From positions 672,001-736,000 of the forward strand of contig CBDCYI010000009.1 in the NCBI GenBank assembly GCA_965224085.1: a stretch of DNA of 64,000 nt, read 5' to 3'. This document shows positions 9,112 through 20,259 of the stretch, piece after piece; the first letter of the stretch is position 1; every line of letters begins with the position of its first letter. The DNA comes from Candidatus Marinacidobacterales bacterium (GTDB lineage: Bacteria > Acidobacteriota > Vicinamibacteria > Marinacidobacterales > SMYC01). Below the pieces are notes generated by a model. That model was not told the DNA's origin. It saw nothing but the letters and a program-made list of their open reading frames with translations, and ran no database searches. Both the position numbers and the translations under genes were made by a program.

Positions 9112-11121
9112 CTAGCCCATGTTTCCCTTTTAGGTCTCTAAGTCATCATAAACAAAGGACTGAGATCCGCGGTTTGTCTCTACGCTGACAGCACCTCCTC
9201 GGAGAAGGCTGGCGGGTCGCGTTCAACGATTCCGAGTGCAGTCAGGATCGAGTTGGCGCGAGCGGTGCCGCGCGTGACGACGCGCTTGGTCCGCCCAGAA
9301 CCCAGCTGTAAGTCGACGAGCCGGACCGAGCGTAGCGCTTGTAGTGCCTCGGTTGCGGACAGGTCGAGTTCGGCGACCTTGAGCTTTTTCTCAAGAGCCC
9401 GATGCACAAGGAAGGCCAGCGTAGCTACGAAAAGATGTGCCTCCACACGCTCATCGGTCTGGTGGTAAACGGGACGCATCTCAATGACATCCTTAAGGCA
9501 TGAGAAGGCTCGCTCGACCTCGTTTAGGTCCTTGTAAAGGCGCACGGCGTCGACCGGAGAGAGGTTTTGCTCCTCGGTTTGAATAACGTACTTACCCTCG
9601 TAGGCTTGCTCGCGCTTGAGGTTGACCGGGTGCTCGAAGAAGCGGAAGCGAGCGTTTTTGTACTCCCAGTCGTAGTAACGGTGACCGTGGTGGCGTGCCT
9701 GTATGCGCGCGGCGGCGGCACCGATTTTCTCGGGGGCTTTCAATCGTCCCTCGCGCACGCGGCGCTCAAGGGCCTCGAATGCCGCACGGGCACGTCCCAT
9801 GGCCCGCAGCCTCTGCCCGCGCTCGTAGGCGAGCCTTTCGTCGCTGTGAACGACGAAGATGCGCACGCCAGACTGCTCGGAGCGGACTTCTTGCACACGA
9901 GTCTTAGGTGGCTCGGCTTTTTCGCTCACCGTGATGCCACCAGGGCAGTCGATCCACTCTCCGCTGGCGCGCTCGATGTAACGATAGACCTCCTCGCGCC
10001 GTCGTCTTTGCAGCCCGACGAGATAGCCCTGCTTGCGCGAGCGCACCACCGCCAGGCTGTCGCTCGTTACCATCCCTCGGTCGCCGACAAAAACCACGCG
10101 GTGCAAACCGAATCGTTCGTTGAGATCGTTGAGCACCTGCGGCACCGTTTTCGCGTCACGCCAGTTGCCGGCGAAAACATGGTGGGCGATCGGCCAACCG
10201 TCCACCATCACCAGACCGACAAGCACTTGCCGGTTACGCGGTCTGCGGTCGCGACTGTAGCCGTGGGCGCCGAGCCCCGGAGGGCCTTGACCTTCGAAGT
10301 ACGTCGACGTCAGGTCGTAAAACACCATGTCAACCTCAAGCGAAAACAGATCCCGCAAGCGCAAAAACAGCTCTTTCTCGATCTGTTCTTTGCGGGCATG
10401 CAGCTGGTCGAGCGTTCGGTACCATTGCTTGAGTTGGCGAAACTCCACGCGAACCCGCGGGGAGCGACTCGCTCGCCGCTCCCCATCATCGCGCCACTGC
10501 GGCACCCACCGCCGCCCCTGCCGGTCGCAGACGAAGTCGGTCTCGAGCCAGCGCGCCAGACCGTGCTCGCTTGACGGAGCACATAGCCGGTTGGCGACCA
10601 GCACCAAAGCTCGCTCGCTTAGCGCCACTCCGTCGCGCTTGCCGCGGCCTCCGAGCCGGTCGAGAATCTGCTCCAGTCCGAGCTCGCGCCACAGCGTCGC
10701 CGTCACCACCATCGGACCCCAATCCCACGCGTCTGCCCCCGCGATCTGCTCGGCTGCTCGCTCGGTGTCGGCCGGTTCACCGGCCCCAAGCAACCGATTG
10801 AGGGAGTCGAGATTGGCAACTAGGAGATCCTTGCGCCCCAAGTTGCACACTACGCGTTGCTTCGGCTTGCCGTGCTCCCGATACGACTCGACCAGGCGGA
10901 CATACTCATGTTGAACCCCTTTGCCGCCTGCGGCCCGAACGATGCGGAAGAACATAACCTGTCCTCACGCATACTACATATCATTGTCCACGATTACAAC
11001 GTATTAATGGCGCTCAAAGCACAATATCTGTCTCTACGTTTTGGGCAAATTCAACCCCCGTTCCTTTGAATTCAGTCACTTACGAGCGTTAGGGTGCCCA
11101 TAAAGGGTAAACATGGGCTAG
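9112..11121 (-). mobile_element. IS1634-family insertion sequence, apparently complete
   Basis: Terminal IRs ctagcccatgtttcccttt (from 9112) and aaagggtaaacatgggctag (to 11121). The terminal CTAG could instead be a 4-bp target duplication. Confidence 0.9.
9180..10955 (-). CDS. IS1634-family DDE transposase
   Basis: N-terminal YVRLVESYR..GKPKQRVV.NLGR; DDE residues in FYDLTSTYFEG, FVGDRGM and VERAF; RPVYH..RVEAH. Confidence 0.93.
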   Translation of the reverse strand: MFFRIVRAAGGKGVQHEYVRLVESYREHGKPKQRVVCNLGRKDLLVANLDSLNRLLGAGEPADTERAAEQIAGADAWDWGPMVVTATLWRELGLEQILDRLGGRGKRDGVALSERALVLVANRLCAPSSEHGLARWLETDFVCDRQGRRWVPQWRDDGERRASRSPRVRVEFRQLKQWYRTLDQLHARKEQIEKELFLRLRDLFSLEVDMVFYDLTSTYFEGQGPPGLGAHGYSRDRRPRNRQVLVGLVMVDGWPIAHHVFAGNWRDAKTVPQVLNDLNERFGLHRVVFVGDRGMVTSDSLAVVRSRKQGYLVGLQRRRREEVYRYIERASGEWIDCPGGITVSEKAEPPKTRVQEVRSEQSGVRIFVVHSDERLAYERGQRLRAMGRARAAFEALERRVREGRLKAPEKIGAAAARIQARHHGHRYYDWEYKNARFRFFEHPVNLKREQAYEGKYVIQTEEQNLSPVDAVRLYKDLNEVERAFSCLKDVIEMRPVYHQTDERVEAHLFVATLAFLVHRALEKKLKVAELDLSATEALQALRSVRLVDLQLGSGRTKRVVTRGTARANSILTALGIVERDPPAFSEEVLSA

Positions 11122-11190
11122 ACGAGTCATCCGGTTAATCTGATTCTGCTCAGTATAGTGGTCTCGGCGCGGCCGCATCAACTGCAATCA

Positions 11191-11220
11191 TTGACACTAA
11201 TGAGGTCCTCATGGTAATTT
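11191..11220 (+). promoter_or_regulatory. sigma70 promoter of gcv operon with palindromic operator in spacer
   Basis: TTGACA (11191), 18 nt, then TAATTT preceded by an extended -10 TGn. Perfect palindrome ATGAGG-T-CCTCAT at 11200-11212. Confidence 0.6.
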
Positions 11221-11267
11221 TCACCGGCGATTTTGCGGAACCTCACCGATTGATAGCCTTCCTAGGC

Positions 11268-12365
11268 ATGACTAGCCAGCCCAGACGAACGCCGCTCCAC
11301 TCTCTTCACAAAGAGCAAGGTGGGCGCATGGTGGACTTTGCCGGCTGGGAGATGCCGGTGAGCTTCGCGGGCGTGGTGGAAGAACATTTGACCGTTCGCA
11401 AGCGGGCGGGTCTGTTCGACGTCAGCCACATGGGAGAGTTTCTCATCGAGGGGAAGGATGCGGAGGCGCTTTTGCAGCGGCTGACGCCCAACAACGTCTC
11501 GCGACTCGCCGACGGGCAGGCGCAGTATTCTGCGCTCACCACCGAGACGGGCTGTTTTGTCGATGATGTGCTCGTCTACCGCCGAGGCGAACAGCGTTAT
11601 CTCATGGTCGTCAATGCGGCGAATATCCAGAAAGATTTCGAATGGATCGAATCGAGGGCCGAGGGGGACCTAGAGCTCACGAACGCAAGCGACGATTTCG
11701 CGCTCTTGGCGCTTCAGGGGCCGCGTTCGGCCGAGATTCTTCAGCCGCTCACCGATCTCGATTTGACCGAAATAAAGTACTACCGGTTTGCCTATGGCGA
11801 GGTGCTCGGCGAGAAGGCCATGGTCGCCCGGGTGGGCTATACCGGAGAGGCCGGTTTCGAGGTGATGGTGGCTCCGGAGCTCGCGGACAAAACAGCGCGC
11901 GGGCTCTTCGAAAAAGGTGCAGTGCACGGTCTTTCTCCGATTGGGCTCGCGGCGCGGGACACGCTCCGGCTCGAGGCGAAGATGGCGCTCTACGGGAACG
12001 ACATCGATAACGAGCACACTGTGCTCGAGGCCGATCTCGGCTGGATCGTGAAGTTTCAGCAAGGTGATTTCGTTGGGCGGGACGCTCTCGAACAGCAGAA
12101 GGAGCAGGGGATCGAGCGCAAGCTCGTCGGCTTCGAGATGGTCGATCGGGGCATCGCCCGCCACGGGTATCCTGTCTTCGTGGATTCTGATTCGGTCGGG
12201 TCCGTTACCAGCGGGAGCCACGCACCCTATTTGAAGAAGAGCATCGGGCTCACTTATCTTCCCATCGGAGCCTGCTCGGATGGCACGGAGTTCGAGGTCG
12301 AGATTCGCGGGCGGCGCGCCACCGCGCGTGTCGTGCCCACGCCGTTTTACAAGCGAGAAAAATAG
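11268..12365 (+). CDS. gcvT: Glycine cleavage aminomethyltransferase T
   Basis: RTPLH, GGRMVDFAGWEMPV, GLFDVSHMGE, GYTGEAGFE and ARDTLRLEA. Confidence 0.97.
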   Translation: MTSQPRRTPLHSLHKEQGGRMVDFAGWEMPVSFAGVVEEHLTVRKRAGLFDVSHMGEFLIEGKDAEALLQRLTPNNVSRLADGQAQYSALTTETGCFVDDVLVYRRGEQRYLMVVNAANIQKDFEWIESRAEGDLELTNASDDFALLALQGPRSAEILQPLTDLDLTEIKYYRFAYGEVLGEKAMVARVGYTGEAGFEVMVAPELADKTARGLFEKGAVHGLSPIGLAARDTLRLEAKMALYGNDIDNEHTVLEADLGWIVKFQQGDFVGRDALEQQKEQGIERKLVGFEMVDRGIARHGYPVFVDSDSVGSVTSGSHAPYLKKSIGLTYLPIGACSDGTEFEVEIRGRRATARVVPTPFYKREK

Positions 12366-12428
12366 CGCGGCGGCACCCGCATTCTACGAAAAAGGTGAAA
12401 AGCGGGCGCCGCGCCCTTGGAGACACAA

Positions 12429-12818
12429 ATGCTTCCTGAAGACCGCAAGTACTCGAAAGAACATGAATGGATCCTGGTCGACGGTGAGAACGGAAGAGTT
12501 GGCATCACCGATCACGCGCAGGGCGCGCTCGGCGACGTCGTCTATGTCGAGCTTCCCGAAGTTGGTGCCGCAGTGGCCGCTATGGAAGTCTTCGGCGGCA
12601 TCGAATCCGTGAAGGCTGTCTCGGAGCTTTTCTCCCCGGTCTCCGGCGAAGTGGTGGAAATCAATTCGAAAGTTGTCGACAGCCCGGAGATGGTGAATGC
12701 CGATCCTCATGGCGATGCTTGGCTCATCGTCGTGAAGATGAGCGATCTGTCGGAGCTCGATAGCTTGATGTCCGCAGCGCAGTATCAGGCCTATCTCGAC
12801 GAGGAGGGCGAAGGTTGA
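12429..12818 (+). CDS. gcvH: Glycine cleavage H protein
   Basis: [22 protein letters not shown] and the lipoyl site IESVKAVS. Confidence 0.97.
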   Translation: MLPEDRKYSKEHEWILVDGENGRVGITDHAQGALGDVVYVELPEVGAAVAAMEVFGGIESVKAVSELFSPVSGEVVEINSKVVDSPEMVNADPHGDAWLIVVKMSDLSELDSLMSAAQYQAYLDEEGEG

Positions 12819-15679
12819 GTCGAGATTCGAAGCTCGACGCTCTCCGCCCGAGCGACGATTTCCCCCCGCGCCATATCGGCCCCCGTCCGAAAGACGTCGA
12901 GGCGATGCTCGAGTTGTTGGGGTATCGCGACATCGACACTCTCATACAGGACACGATCCCGGACGACATCCTGATGAAGCAGCCGCTCGACGTTCCCGAG
13001 GCGAAAGGCGAGTTTGCGCTCGTTCGAGAGCTTCGAGAGCTCGCGTCGAAGAACAAGGTCTATCAATCGTTCGTCGGGCTCGGCTATCACGACTGCATCA
13101 CACCGCCCGTCATCCAGCGAAACATCCTCGAAAATCCCGGCTGGTATACCCAGTACACGCCGTATCAAGCGGAGATCAGTCAGGGTCGCCTCGAAGCGCT
13201 CTTGAACTTCCAGACGATGGTCTCAGACCTCACCGGGCTACCGCTGTCGAACTCGTCGCTCCTCGATGAAGGCACAGCCGCTGCGGAAGCCATGGGCATG
13301 TCGCTCGCGATCACGCGTCACAAGAAAAACGGCTTCTTCGTCGCCGACGACTGCCATCCGCAAACCGTCGCGGTCATCGAAACGCGCGCGAAACCTCTCG
13401 AACTCGATCTTACCGTCGGTCCTGTCGACGCGATCGATCTCGAATCGGGCGACTTATTCGGTATCTTGCTCTCTTATCCGACGACGGATGGCCGCATCGA
13501 AGACTACGAAGACCTGTGCCGCCGCGCGAAGGAAGCTGGTGTGGTTGTTACGATGGCAACCGATCTTCTCGCGCTCACGCTTCTGCGTCCGCCCGGCGAG
13601 ATCGGCGCAGACATCGCGATTGGAAACTCGCAGCGCTTCGGCGTACCCCTCGGGGCGGGCGGGCCCCACGCCGCGTTTCTCTCGACGGGTGAGGAGCATT
13701 CGCGCCGTATTCCCGGCCGCTTGGTTGGTGTCTCGAAAGATGTGCGAGGAAGCGCTGCTTTCCGGCTCGCGGTCCAGACCCGTGAGCAGCACATCCGGCG
13801 CGACAAAGCCACGAGCAACATCTGCACCGCGCAAGTCCTCCTCGCGATCATGGCGAGCATGTACGGCGTTTATCACGGCCCGGAGGGCCTTCGCCGGATC
13901 GCGCGCCGGGTTCACGGTCTCACGCATGTGCTCGCCGAGGGCCTGAGAAAACACGGGCTCGATGTCGGCGACAAACCTTTCTTCGACACGATCCGCGTCG
14001 CTTCGCCCGGCGAGCGAGCGCTCACGGATGCGCTACGCGAGGAAATGAACCTCCGCGCTTACGACAACGGCGCCGTCGGGGTCTCGCTCGATGAGACGAC
14101 GACGATCGACGACGTGGCCAAGCTGTTGAAATTGTTCGGGGCCGAAGGCGACGTGTCCGCTTTGGCCGAAGCCAGCGATCTCGAGATGGGATCGCCACAT
14201 CGGCGCGAGAGCGATTTCATGACGCACGGCGTCTTTCATCGCTACCATTCCGAGCACGAGCTTCTGCGCTACATCAACCGGCTTCAGGCGCGGGATCTTT
14301 CGATGACGACGTCGATGATCTCGCTCGGCTCTTGCACGATGAAGCTCAACGCGACGACCGAGATGCTTCCGGTGACGTGGCCCGAGATCGGCGGGATACA
14401 TCCTTTTGCACCCGAAGATCAGATGGCGGGCTATAGCGAGCTCTATCGAGGGCTCGAGGACTGGCTGAAGGCGATCACGGGATTTGCCGGGGTCAGTTTG
14501 CAGCCGAATGCGGGCTCGCAAGGGGAATATGCCGGTCTTCTCATCATCCGTGCCTATCACGAGAGCCGTGGCGAAGGCGGGCGCAACGTGTGCCTCATTC
14601 CTGTCTCGGCGCATGGAACGAATCCGGCGAGTTCTGTCATGGCGGGTTTCCGCGTAGTCGTCGTCGCCTGCGACGATCGCGGGAACGTTGACGTTCAGGA
14701 TCTCGAGAAAAAAACCGAGCAGCACCGGGACGAGCTCGGTGCTCTCATGATCACCTATCCCTCGTCCCACGGGGTCTTCGAGGAGCGCATACGAGAGATT
14801 TGCCAAATCGTCCATGACGCGGGCGGACAGATCTACATGGATGGCGCCAACATGAACGCGCAGGTCGGCCTGACTTCGCCGGGATTGATCGGCGCCGATG
14901 TCTGCCATCTCAACTTGCACAAGACGTTTTGCATCCCGCATGGCGGCGGTGGTCCTGGCATGGGCCCCATCGGCGTCGCGGAGCACCTCGTCCCGTTTCT
15001 TCCAGGTCATCCATTGTCGACAATGGCGGGGCGTTCGGGGGAGCAAGCGCTCGGCCCAGTCTCGGCGGCGCCTTACGGCAGCCCGAGCATCCTTCCGATC
15101 TCGTGGTCTTACATTCGGCTCATGGGCCCGGAAGGCTTGACGGACGCGACCCGCATTGCGATCTTGAGCGCGAATTACATGGCGAAGCGTCTCGAAGAGC
15201 ATTTCCCGGTTCTCTATACCGGAGAAAAGGGAAGAGTCGCCCACGAGTTCATTCTCGATTGCCGGCCGCTCGACAAAGTCAGCAACGAGGACATCGCGAA
15301 GCGCCTCATGGATTACGGCTTCCACGCACCTACGATGTCTTTTCCCGTTGCGGGGACGCTCATGATCGAGCCCACCGAGAGCGAATCCAAGGAAGAGCTC
15401 GATCGGTTATGCGACGCGCTCATCTCGATCCGGAAGGAAGCGCGGGCGGTGGATGATGGTGAGGTCGATGCCGAAGACAACGTGTTGAAGAACGCGCCGC
15501 ACACGGCGGCGATGATGACATCCAACGTGTGGGATCATCCTTATACACGCGAGCAAGCGGCCTATCCCGCGCCCTGGCTTCGCGAGCACAAATTCTGGCC
15601 CCCGGTGGCGCGCATCGACAACGCCTATGGGGATCGGAACCTCGTCTGCGTCTGTCCTCCCATAGAAGACTACGCGTAA
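12815..15679 (+). CDS. gcvP: Glycine dehydrogenase (single-chain P protein)
   Basis: [32 protein letters not shown] and the PLP site [17 protein letters not shown]. Confidence 0.98.
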   Translation: MSRDSKLDALRPSDDFPPRHIGPRPKDVEAMLELLGYRDIDTLIQDTIPDDILMKQPLDVPEAKGEFALVRELRELASKNKVYQSFVGLGYHDCITPPVIQRNILENPGWYTQYTPYQAEISQGRLEALLNFQTMVSDLTGLPLSNSSLLDEGTAAAEAMGMSLAITRHKKNGFFVADDCHPQTVAVIETRAKPLELDLTVGPVDAIDLESGDLFGILLSYPTTDGRIEDYEDLCRRAKEAGVVVTMATDLLALTLLRPPGEIGADIAIGNSQRFGVPLGAGGPHAAFLSTGEEHSRRIPGRLVGVSKDVRGSAAFRLAVQTREQHIRRDKATSNICTAQVLLAIMASMYGVYHGPEGLRRIARRVHGLTHVLAEGLRKHGLDVGDKPFFDTIRVASPGERALTDALREEMNLRAYDNGAVGVSLDETTTIDDVAKLLKLFGAEGDVSALAEASDLEMGSPHRRESDFMTHGVFHRYHSEHELLRYINRLQARDLSMTTSMISLGSCTMKLNATTEMLPVTWPEIGGIHPFAPEDQMAGYSELYRGLEDWLKAITGFAGVSLQPNAGSQGEYAGLLIIRAYHESRGEGGRNVCLIPVSAHGTNPASSVMAGFRVVVVACDDRGNVDVQDLEKKTEQHRDELGALMITYPSSHGVFEERIREICQIVHDAGGQIYMDGANMNAQVGLTSPGLIGADVCHLNLHKTFCIPHGGGGPGMGPIGVAEHLVPFLPGHPLSTMAGRSGEQALGPVSAAPYGSPSILPISWSYIRLMGPEGLTDATRIAILSANYMAKRLEEHFPVLYTGEKGRVAHEFILDCRPLDKVSNEDIAKRLMDYGFHAPTMSFPVAGTLMIEPTESESKEELDRLCDALISIRKEARAVDDGEVDAEDNVLKNAPHTAAMMTSNVWDHPYTREQAAYPAPWLREHKFWPPVARIDNAYGDRNLVCVCPPIEDYA

Positions 15680-15686
15680 ACGAGGA

Positions 15687-16257
15687 TTACTCGGAGCCGA
15701 TCGGGTTTTCCAGCCTGCCGATTCCGGGAATCTCTACCTCGATGACGTCCCGTCCTGGAGCCATTCCGGCGAGGTTGCCTCGACCGCCGAGCCTCCGGGA
15801 CTGCCGGTCGCGATCAGATCGCCGGGCTCGAGACGCGTGAACTTCGAGATATGTGCGATGAGGAACGGGATATCGAAGATCATTTGCTCGGTGCCGCCGT
15901 CCTGCACGACGCGCCCCTTGCGGCGGGTGATGATACGCAGAGCCGTTGGGTCGAAAACTTCGTCGGCGGTAACCAACAACGGCCCAAGGCCACCCGAGCG
16001 GTAGAAGTTTTTCGCCGGCAAGTTCTGTGTCCCTTTGCCCATCCAGCCCCTTACGGTTCCTTCGTTCATGCACGTATATCCGGCGACGTGGTCGAAGGCG
16101 CTCTCTTTCAGTCGATTCTGCGTAAGGACGTCCGCAACGTCTCGGCGCCAACGATGCGAGCGGTTGCGTCTATTATGCCGATATCGACGCCGAGACCATC
16201 GGGCGACACGACACCGTAGCGTTCTTTGCCGCGCGCTCGATAGCTGACCAGTTTCAC
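15687..16257 (-). pseudogene. Fumarylacetoacetate hydrolase family, with internal deletion and frameshift
   Basis: The N-terminus VKLVSYR...RYGVV joins directly to AFDHVAGYTCMNEG...LEPGDLIATGSPGG. A frameshift precedes DVIEVEIPGIGRLEN. Confidence 0.8.
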
Positions 16258-16360
16258 GCCTCGGAGACTAGAGCACATGTCTCGTCTTGTCGAGTGTTTG
16301 ACACCGTTGGCGCATTGTTCGATCATGCGACCCGGCTATGCGGAGAAGGAGAGATTCGAG

Positions 16361-17198
16361 GTGAGCGGAGGTCTTATTGCGAGCTTCGTCGCCTCGCATC
16401 CGCCACGTATGGGTGTCGAGCAGCAAGCGCCTGAATTCATTCGAGGTCTCATCGATGGGCTGAGAGAGCTCGGTGGAGCCATGCGCGCTCTGGAACCGGA
16501 CGCCATCGTTCTTCATTCGGCGGCACTGGGTGAGCACTTTCTTGTGGCTCTCGCCGGTCCACGAGGTGCACGAGGGTGTCTGCGTTGCCGACGAGGCGCC
16601 GGATCTCATTCCGGGCTCGCCGTATGCGTGGCCGGGTGAGCCAGCCCTCGCCCAAGCGATCGCGGACAAGCTGAACGCCGAGAACATAGGCTGCCGAACG
16701 TTCGACACTCCACATTGGAACTGGGACTACGGTTGCTACGTTCCTCTCGAGTACATGGACCCGCGCTCGGAGATCCCAATCGTCCTGCTTCCGACCGTGA
16801 TGTGCTCGGATGTGGACGAGAACCGTCGAGTCGGCCGCTATGTTCACGAGGTCGGGAAGGATAGCGGGAAGCGCATCGTTTTCGTGTCGAGCTGCGCGCT
16901 GTCCCACGATGTGCTGCGTGGGCCCGAGCTTTGGCCCACCGCGGTGCGGCAGGAGCTCGACCGGAAATTCATCGAGCTCGCGACGGAAGGTCGCGCCGCC
17001 GAGCTCTCGGCGTGGATGCCCGAGTTCATCCGCGAGGGCGTTGCCGAGATGGGAGGCCGCACGATCTCGAGTATGGTCGGTGCTATCGAGGCATTGGCCA
17101 AGGACCACGTAGAGCTCACCGGCGAGCAGGTCGGCCCTTATGCGCAGAGCTCAGGGAGCGGCAACGCGCACGTCGCCGTGTTCCCGAAGACAGCCTAG
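16361..17198 (+). pseudogene. LigB-type (class III) extradiol ring-cleavage dioxygenase, frameshifted near 16520
   Basis: SHPPRM..., PDAIVLHSA then HWVST in a second frame, WDYG..VPL and S.ALSH. Confidence 0.8.
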
Positions 17199-17210
17199 GC
17201 GGCGAACCCG

Positions 17211-17950
17211 TTGGATCGCCGCATCGTTTTCGCCGCGCTGAGCCTCGTCGGGCTTCTCGCCTTTGGTTACGCAGCGCGGCATATGGCGTCCCGCATCGGC
17301 GCGCCGCTCGATTTCGACGTGGGCCCGAGCACCGGGCCCTACCTCGATGGATTCACCGAGAGCGAGGAGCGGCTACCCGTGACCTTCCGTTGGACGCGCG
17401 AACGAGCTGCGATCGCTCTGCCGGTCGAAGGCGCCGGAAGCGAAGCGCGGTTGAAGCTGCGGCTTGCGCGCTTCTTGCCGGGTAGCACCGAGGTCCGTCT
17501 CTTCGTGGACGGCGTGCCCGCGGGGTCATTCTCCGCACGCTCGGGGCGCTTTCGCACGGTGGAGCGTTCGATCGCGCTACCCGCTGGATCGTCGACGCTA
17601 TCTTTCTTCGTGCAAGACTCCAACCCCGAAGGCTTCGGGATCGCCATCGACTGGATACGCATCGAGAACGTTCGCTGGCGCTTGCCGCGCGGCGCCCTAG
17701 CACCGCCGTTGCTCCTCTCCGGGGTCTTCCTGCTCGCGCTCGCCTTGGGCTTTACACTGCCCCGCGCGCTCGCGATCGGCGTCTGCCTCGCTTGCGCCCA
17801 GGCCATATGGTTCGCGCGAGACCCTTTCGCGATGGCCCACGTCCATCACGAAATCACGGCCGGCGCACTCGCGACGACAGCTCTTCTCGCCACCGCTTTC
17901 CGGAGCGCTCGCTGCGTGCCACTGCTCTATCTGCTGGGGCTTCTGCTGAA
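17211..17950 (+). pseudogene. Membrane protein, 3'-truncated
   Basis: TM helix, a beta-sandwich region (FRWTRERA) and further TMs, then an abrupt run into unrelated sequence. Confidence 0.5.
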
Positions 17951-18054
17951 GTCTGCTCGACCACGATCTCGCATCGCTCGAAAAGCACGCGCTCGAGGTT
18001 TTCTCGGGATTTCGACTCCTCGACCCGGAGCGAGGCGCCCGCCCGATGGTCGCC

Positions 18055-18607
18055 ATGGTTCGTGAAAGAGCCCGGTGCGAAAACCTCGACGCCGTGGCAT
18101 CAGGATGTTTCCTACTGGCCAGTCACTGGCCAACAGATAGCGTCGCTCTGGCTGCCCTTGACCGAAGTCGATCGCGCTTCGAGCGGACTCGAGCTCGTGA
18201 AAGGCTCGCATCGTTGGGGGAAGTACTACATGCCTCGGCGATTCGTCGCTACCGACCAGAAGAGCAACTGGATTCACGACGCCGAGGGCGAGACTCTGCC
18301 GGATATCGAGGCTGAGCGTGATCGCCACGACATCTTTTCAGAGCCCATGCAGCCGGGCGATGCGCTGATCTTTTCCGCTTGGATCATCCACGCTGCGCCG
18401 AGCAACACTTCCGACGACACACGCGCGGCCGTCTCGACCAGGTGGCTGGGCGACGACGTGCGCTGGCGCCCCCATCCTGCGGCGGACCCCACCGTTCGCA
18501 AAGAGGACGTTTCGATCGCGCCGGGTGAGCTCGCGCGGGACGACGAAATATTTCCGGTAGCTTGGACACGCCGCTCGGGAGCATTTGGCGCGCGGACCGG
18601 GTTCTGA
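18055..18607 (+). pseudogene. PhyH family Fe/2-OG dioxygenase, 5'-truncated
   Basis: KEPG...TPWHQD, WLPL, GLELVKGSH and H.APSN...R; N-terminus absent. Confidence 0.8.
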
Positions 18608-18636
18608 TCAACACTTGGGGAACCGGAGGACGCGAG

Positions 18637-19767
18637 ATGAATTTGGAAAGACCGATCGTCGCCGCCGCGGCGCAAATAAGCCCAGTCTTCATGAAGAAGA
18701 AGGAAAGCGTCGAGAAATACGCTGAGTGCATCCACGAGGCCGGCCGAAAAGGCATCGACTTGATCGTCACGCCGGAGACCGGCATCCCTACCTACCCTTA
18801 CTGGCGAAACAACTTCGGCTATACGAGCCCCGAAAGCACCGCGCTTTGGAAGGACACGGTCGTGTCGTTCTACGAACAATCCATCCGCATCCCGAGCCCG
18901 GAGACCGATCTGCTCACCAAAGCGTGTGCAAGCGCGGGCGTCGTAGCGGTCATCGGTTTGAACGAGCAAGACGATCGCGAAGGCTCCGCGACGCTCTACA
19001 ACTCGATGCTCTTCATCGATCGCGACGGCACGATCATGGGACGTCACCGGAAACTCATGCCGACCCATCAAGAGCGTTTTTTCTGGGGCCGCGGGGACGC
19101 GTCGGACCTCCGCGTGTTTGACACGCATTTCGGAAAGGTCGGCGGTCTCATCTGCTTCGAGAACCACATGACGCTCATGAAAGCGGCCATGGCCGTCAAA
19201 GGAGAAGAAGTGCACGCGGCGTGCTGGCCCGGCTGGTGGAGCTATGGCGGCAAAGGAAACGCCATTCGCGACATGACTGGCGACGTGAGGCCTCTCTATC
19301 TTTCGGATCAAGACTCGGCGATCCGCGAATATGCTTTCGAGACCCAGAGCTTCGTAGTGAGCGCTTCGATGTACATGACCGAAGACGACGTTCCCGACGA
19401 CTTTCCGTACAAGAAGAGCGCGCCGTGGAAGTGGGCGATGGGAGGTAGCGCCATCGCCAATCCTTTCGGCGCTTATGTGAAAGAGCCCGTGTTCCACAAA
19501 GAAGAGCTCATTGTCGCAGAGCTCGATCCGAAGGATCGGATCGTCGCGAAGAACGTCTTCGACTGCATGGGCCACTACAGCCGATGGGACGTAGTGTCCC
19601 TACGCGTACGGGACGAGGACTTCACGCCGACGGGTCCAGCTCTTCCGCCGCGCCGGATCAAGCTGGAGCACCTCGAGTCGGTGGCGGCCAAACATCACCT
19701 GGCGCCTGAAAAGGTCGAGAGCATTTTGCGCGAGCTGGAATCGCTCGCGGTCGAATTGGAAGGCTAG
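18637..19767 (+). CDS. Nitrilase (carbon-nitrogen hydrolase)
   Basis: E-K-C triad in TPET, HRKLMPT and LICFEN; FDCMGHYSR; GGAGG RBS. Confidence 0.92.
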   Translation: MNLERPIVAAAAQISPVFMKKKESVEKYAECIHEAGRKGIDLIVTPETGIPTYPYWRNNFGYTSPESTALWKDTVVSFYEQSIRIPSPETDLLTKACASAGVVAVIGLNEQDDREGSATLYNSMLFIDRDGTIMGRHRKLMPTHQERFFWGRGDASDLRVFDTHFGKVGGLICFENHMTLMKAAMAVKGEEVHAACWPGWWSYGGKGNAIRDMTGDVRPLYLSDQDSAIREYAFETQSFVVSASMYMTEDDVPDDFPYKKSAPWKWAMGGSAIANPFGAYVKEPVFHKEELIVAELDPKDRIVAKNVFDCMGHYSRWDVVSLRVRDEDFTPTGPALPPRRIKLEHLESVAAKHHLAPEKVESILRELESLAVELEG

Positions 19768-19773
19768 TTTCGA

Positions 19774-20259
19774 TTAGGTCGTTGGGCCGACGAGCTCACG
19801 CTGAAACGCGTTCACGACGGTGTTCTGCCGGAGAAGGTAATAGCCTTCGACCATGAGTGCGACGAGGCTATAGACGAGAGCGATATAGCCCAAGCCGCCG
19901 TGGATCCAGCTCGGGATGGCACGTGTATGGGCGCCTCCACCCAGGATGAAGGCGGCCATCAAAAGAAACATGCCGCCGAACGCCCAGGGGAGCACTTTGG
20001 ACTTGATGCGTCGGCTCTCGAGGAGGCGATCTTTGCCGCGTCTGTGCTCCTGCACGGCGCGTTTGAGGTTGCCGCTCATCCCGACGAAGTAGAAATAGGT
20101 CATGGTGTGGGTGAAGACGGCAAGGATCGCGGAGATGAGCGCGAGCATGAAATGCCGGCCGAAGGCCCCTCCACCGTCCGGGATGTGGATGCCGTAGAAT
20201 ACAGTCACGGCAAGAGTGCCGATGGTCAGGATGTGCAAAGTGAGGAGGGCAATCGTCAT
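19774..20259 (-). CDS. Hypothetical four-TM membrane protein
   Basis: Four hydrophobic segments, with His residues in the TMs. Confidence 0.7.
   Translation of the reverse strand: MTIALLTLHILTIGTLAVTVFYGIHIPDGGGAFGRHFMLALISAILAVFTHTMTYFYFVGMSGNLKRAVQEHRRGKDRLLESRRIKSKVLPWAFGGMFLLMAAFILGGGAHTRAIPSWIHGGLGYIALVYSLVALMVEGYYLLRQNTVVNAFQRELVGPTT

Noticed and set aside
14033-15325. Long antisense ORFs (e.g. 430 aa opposite gcvP, 433 aa opposite the nitrilase, 471 and 443 aa opposite the propellers)
   Set aside because: Expected shadows in high-GC coding DNA, with no recognisable motifs.
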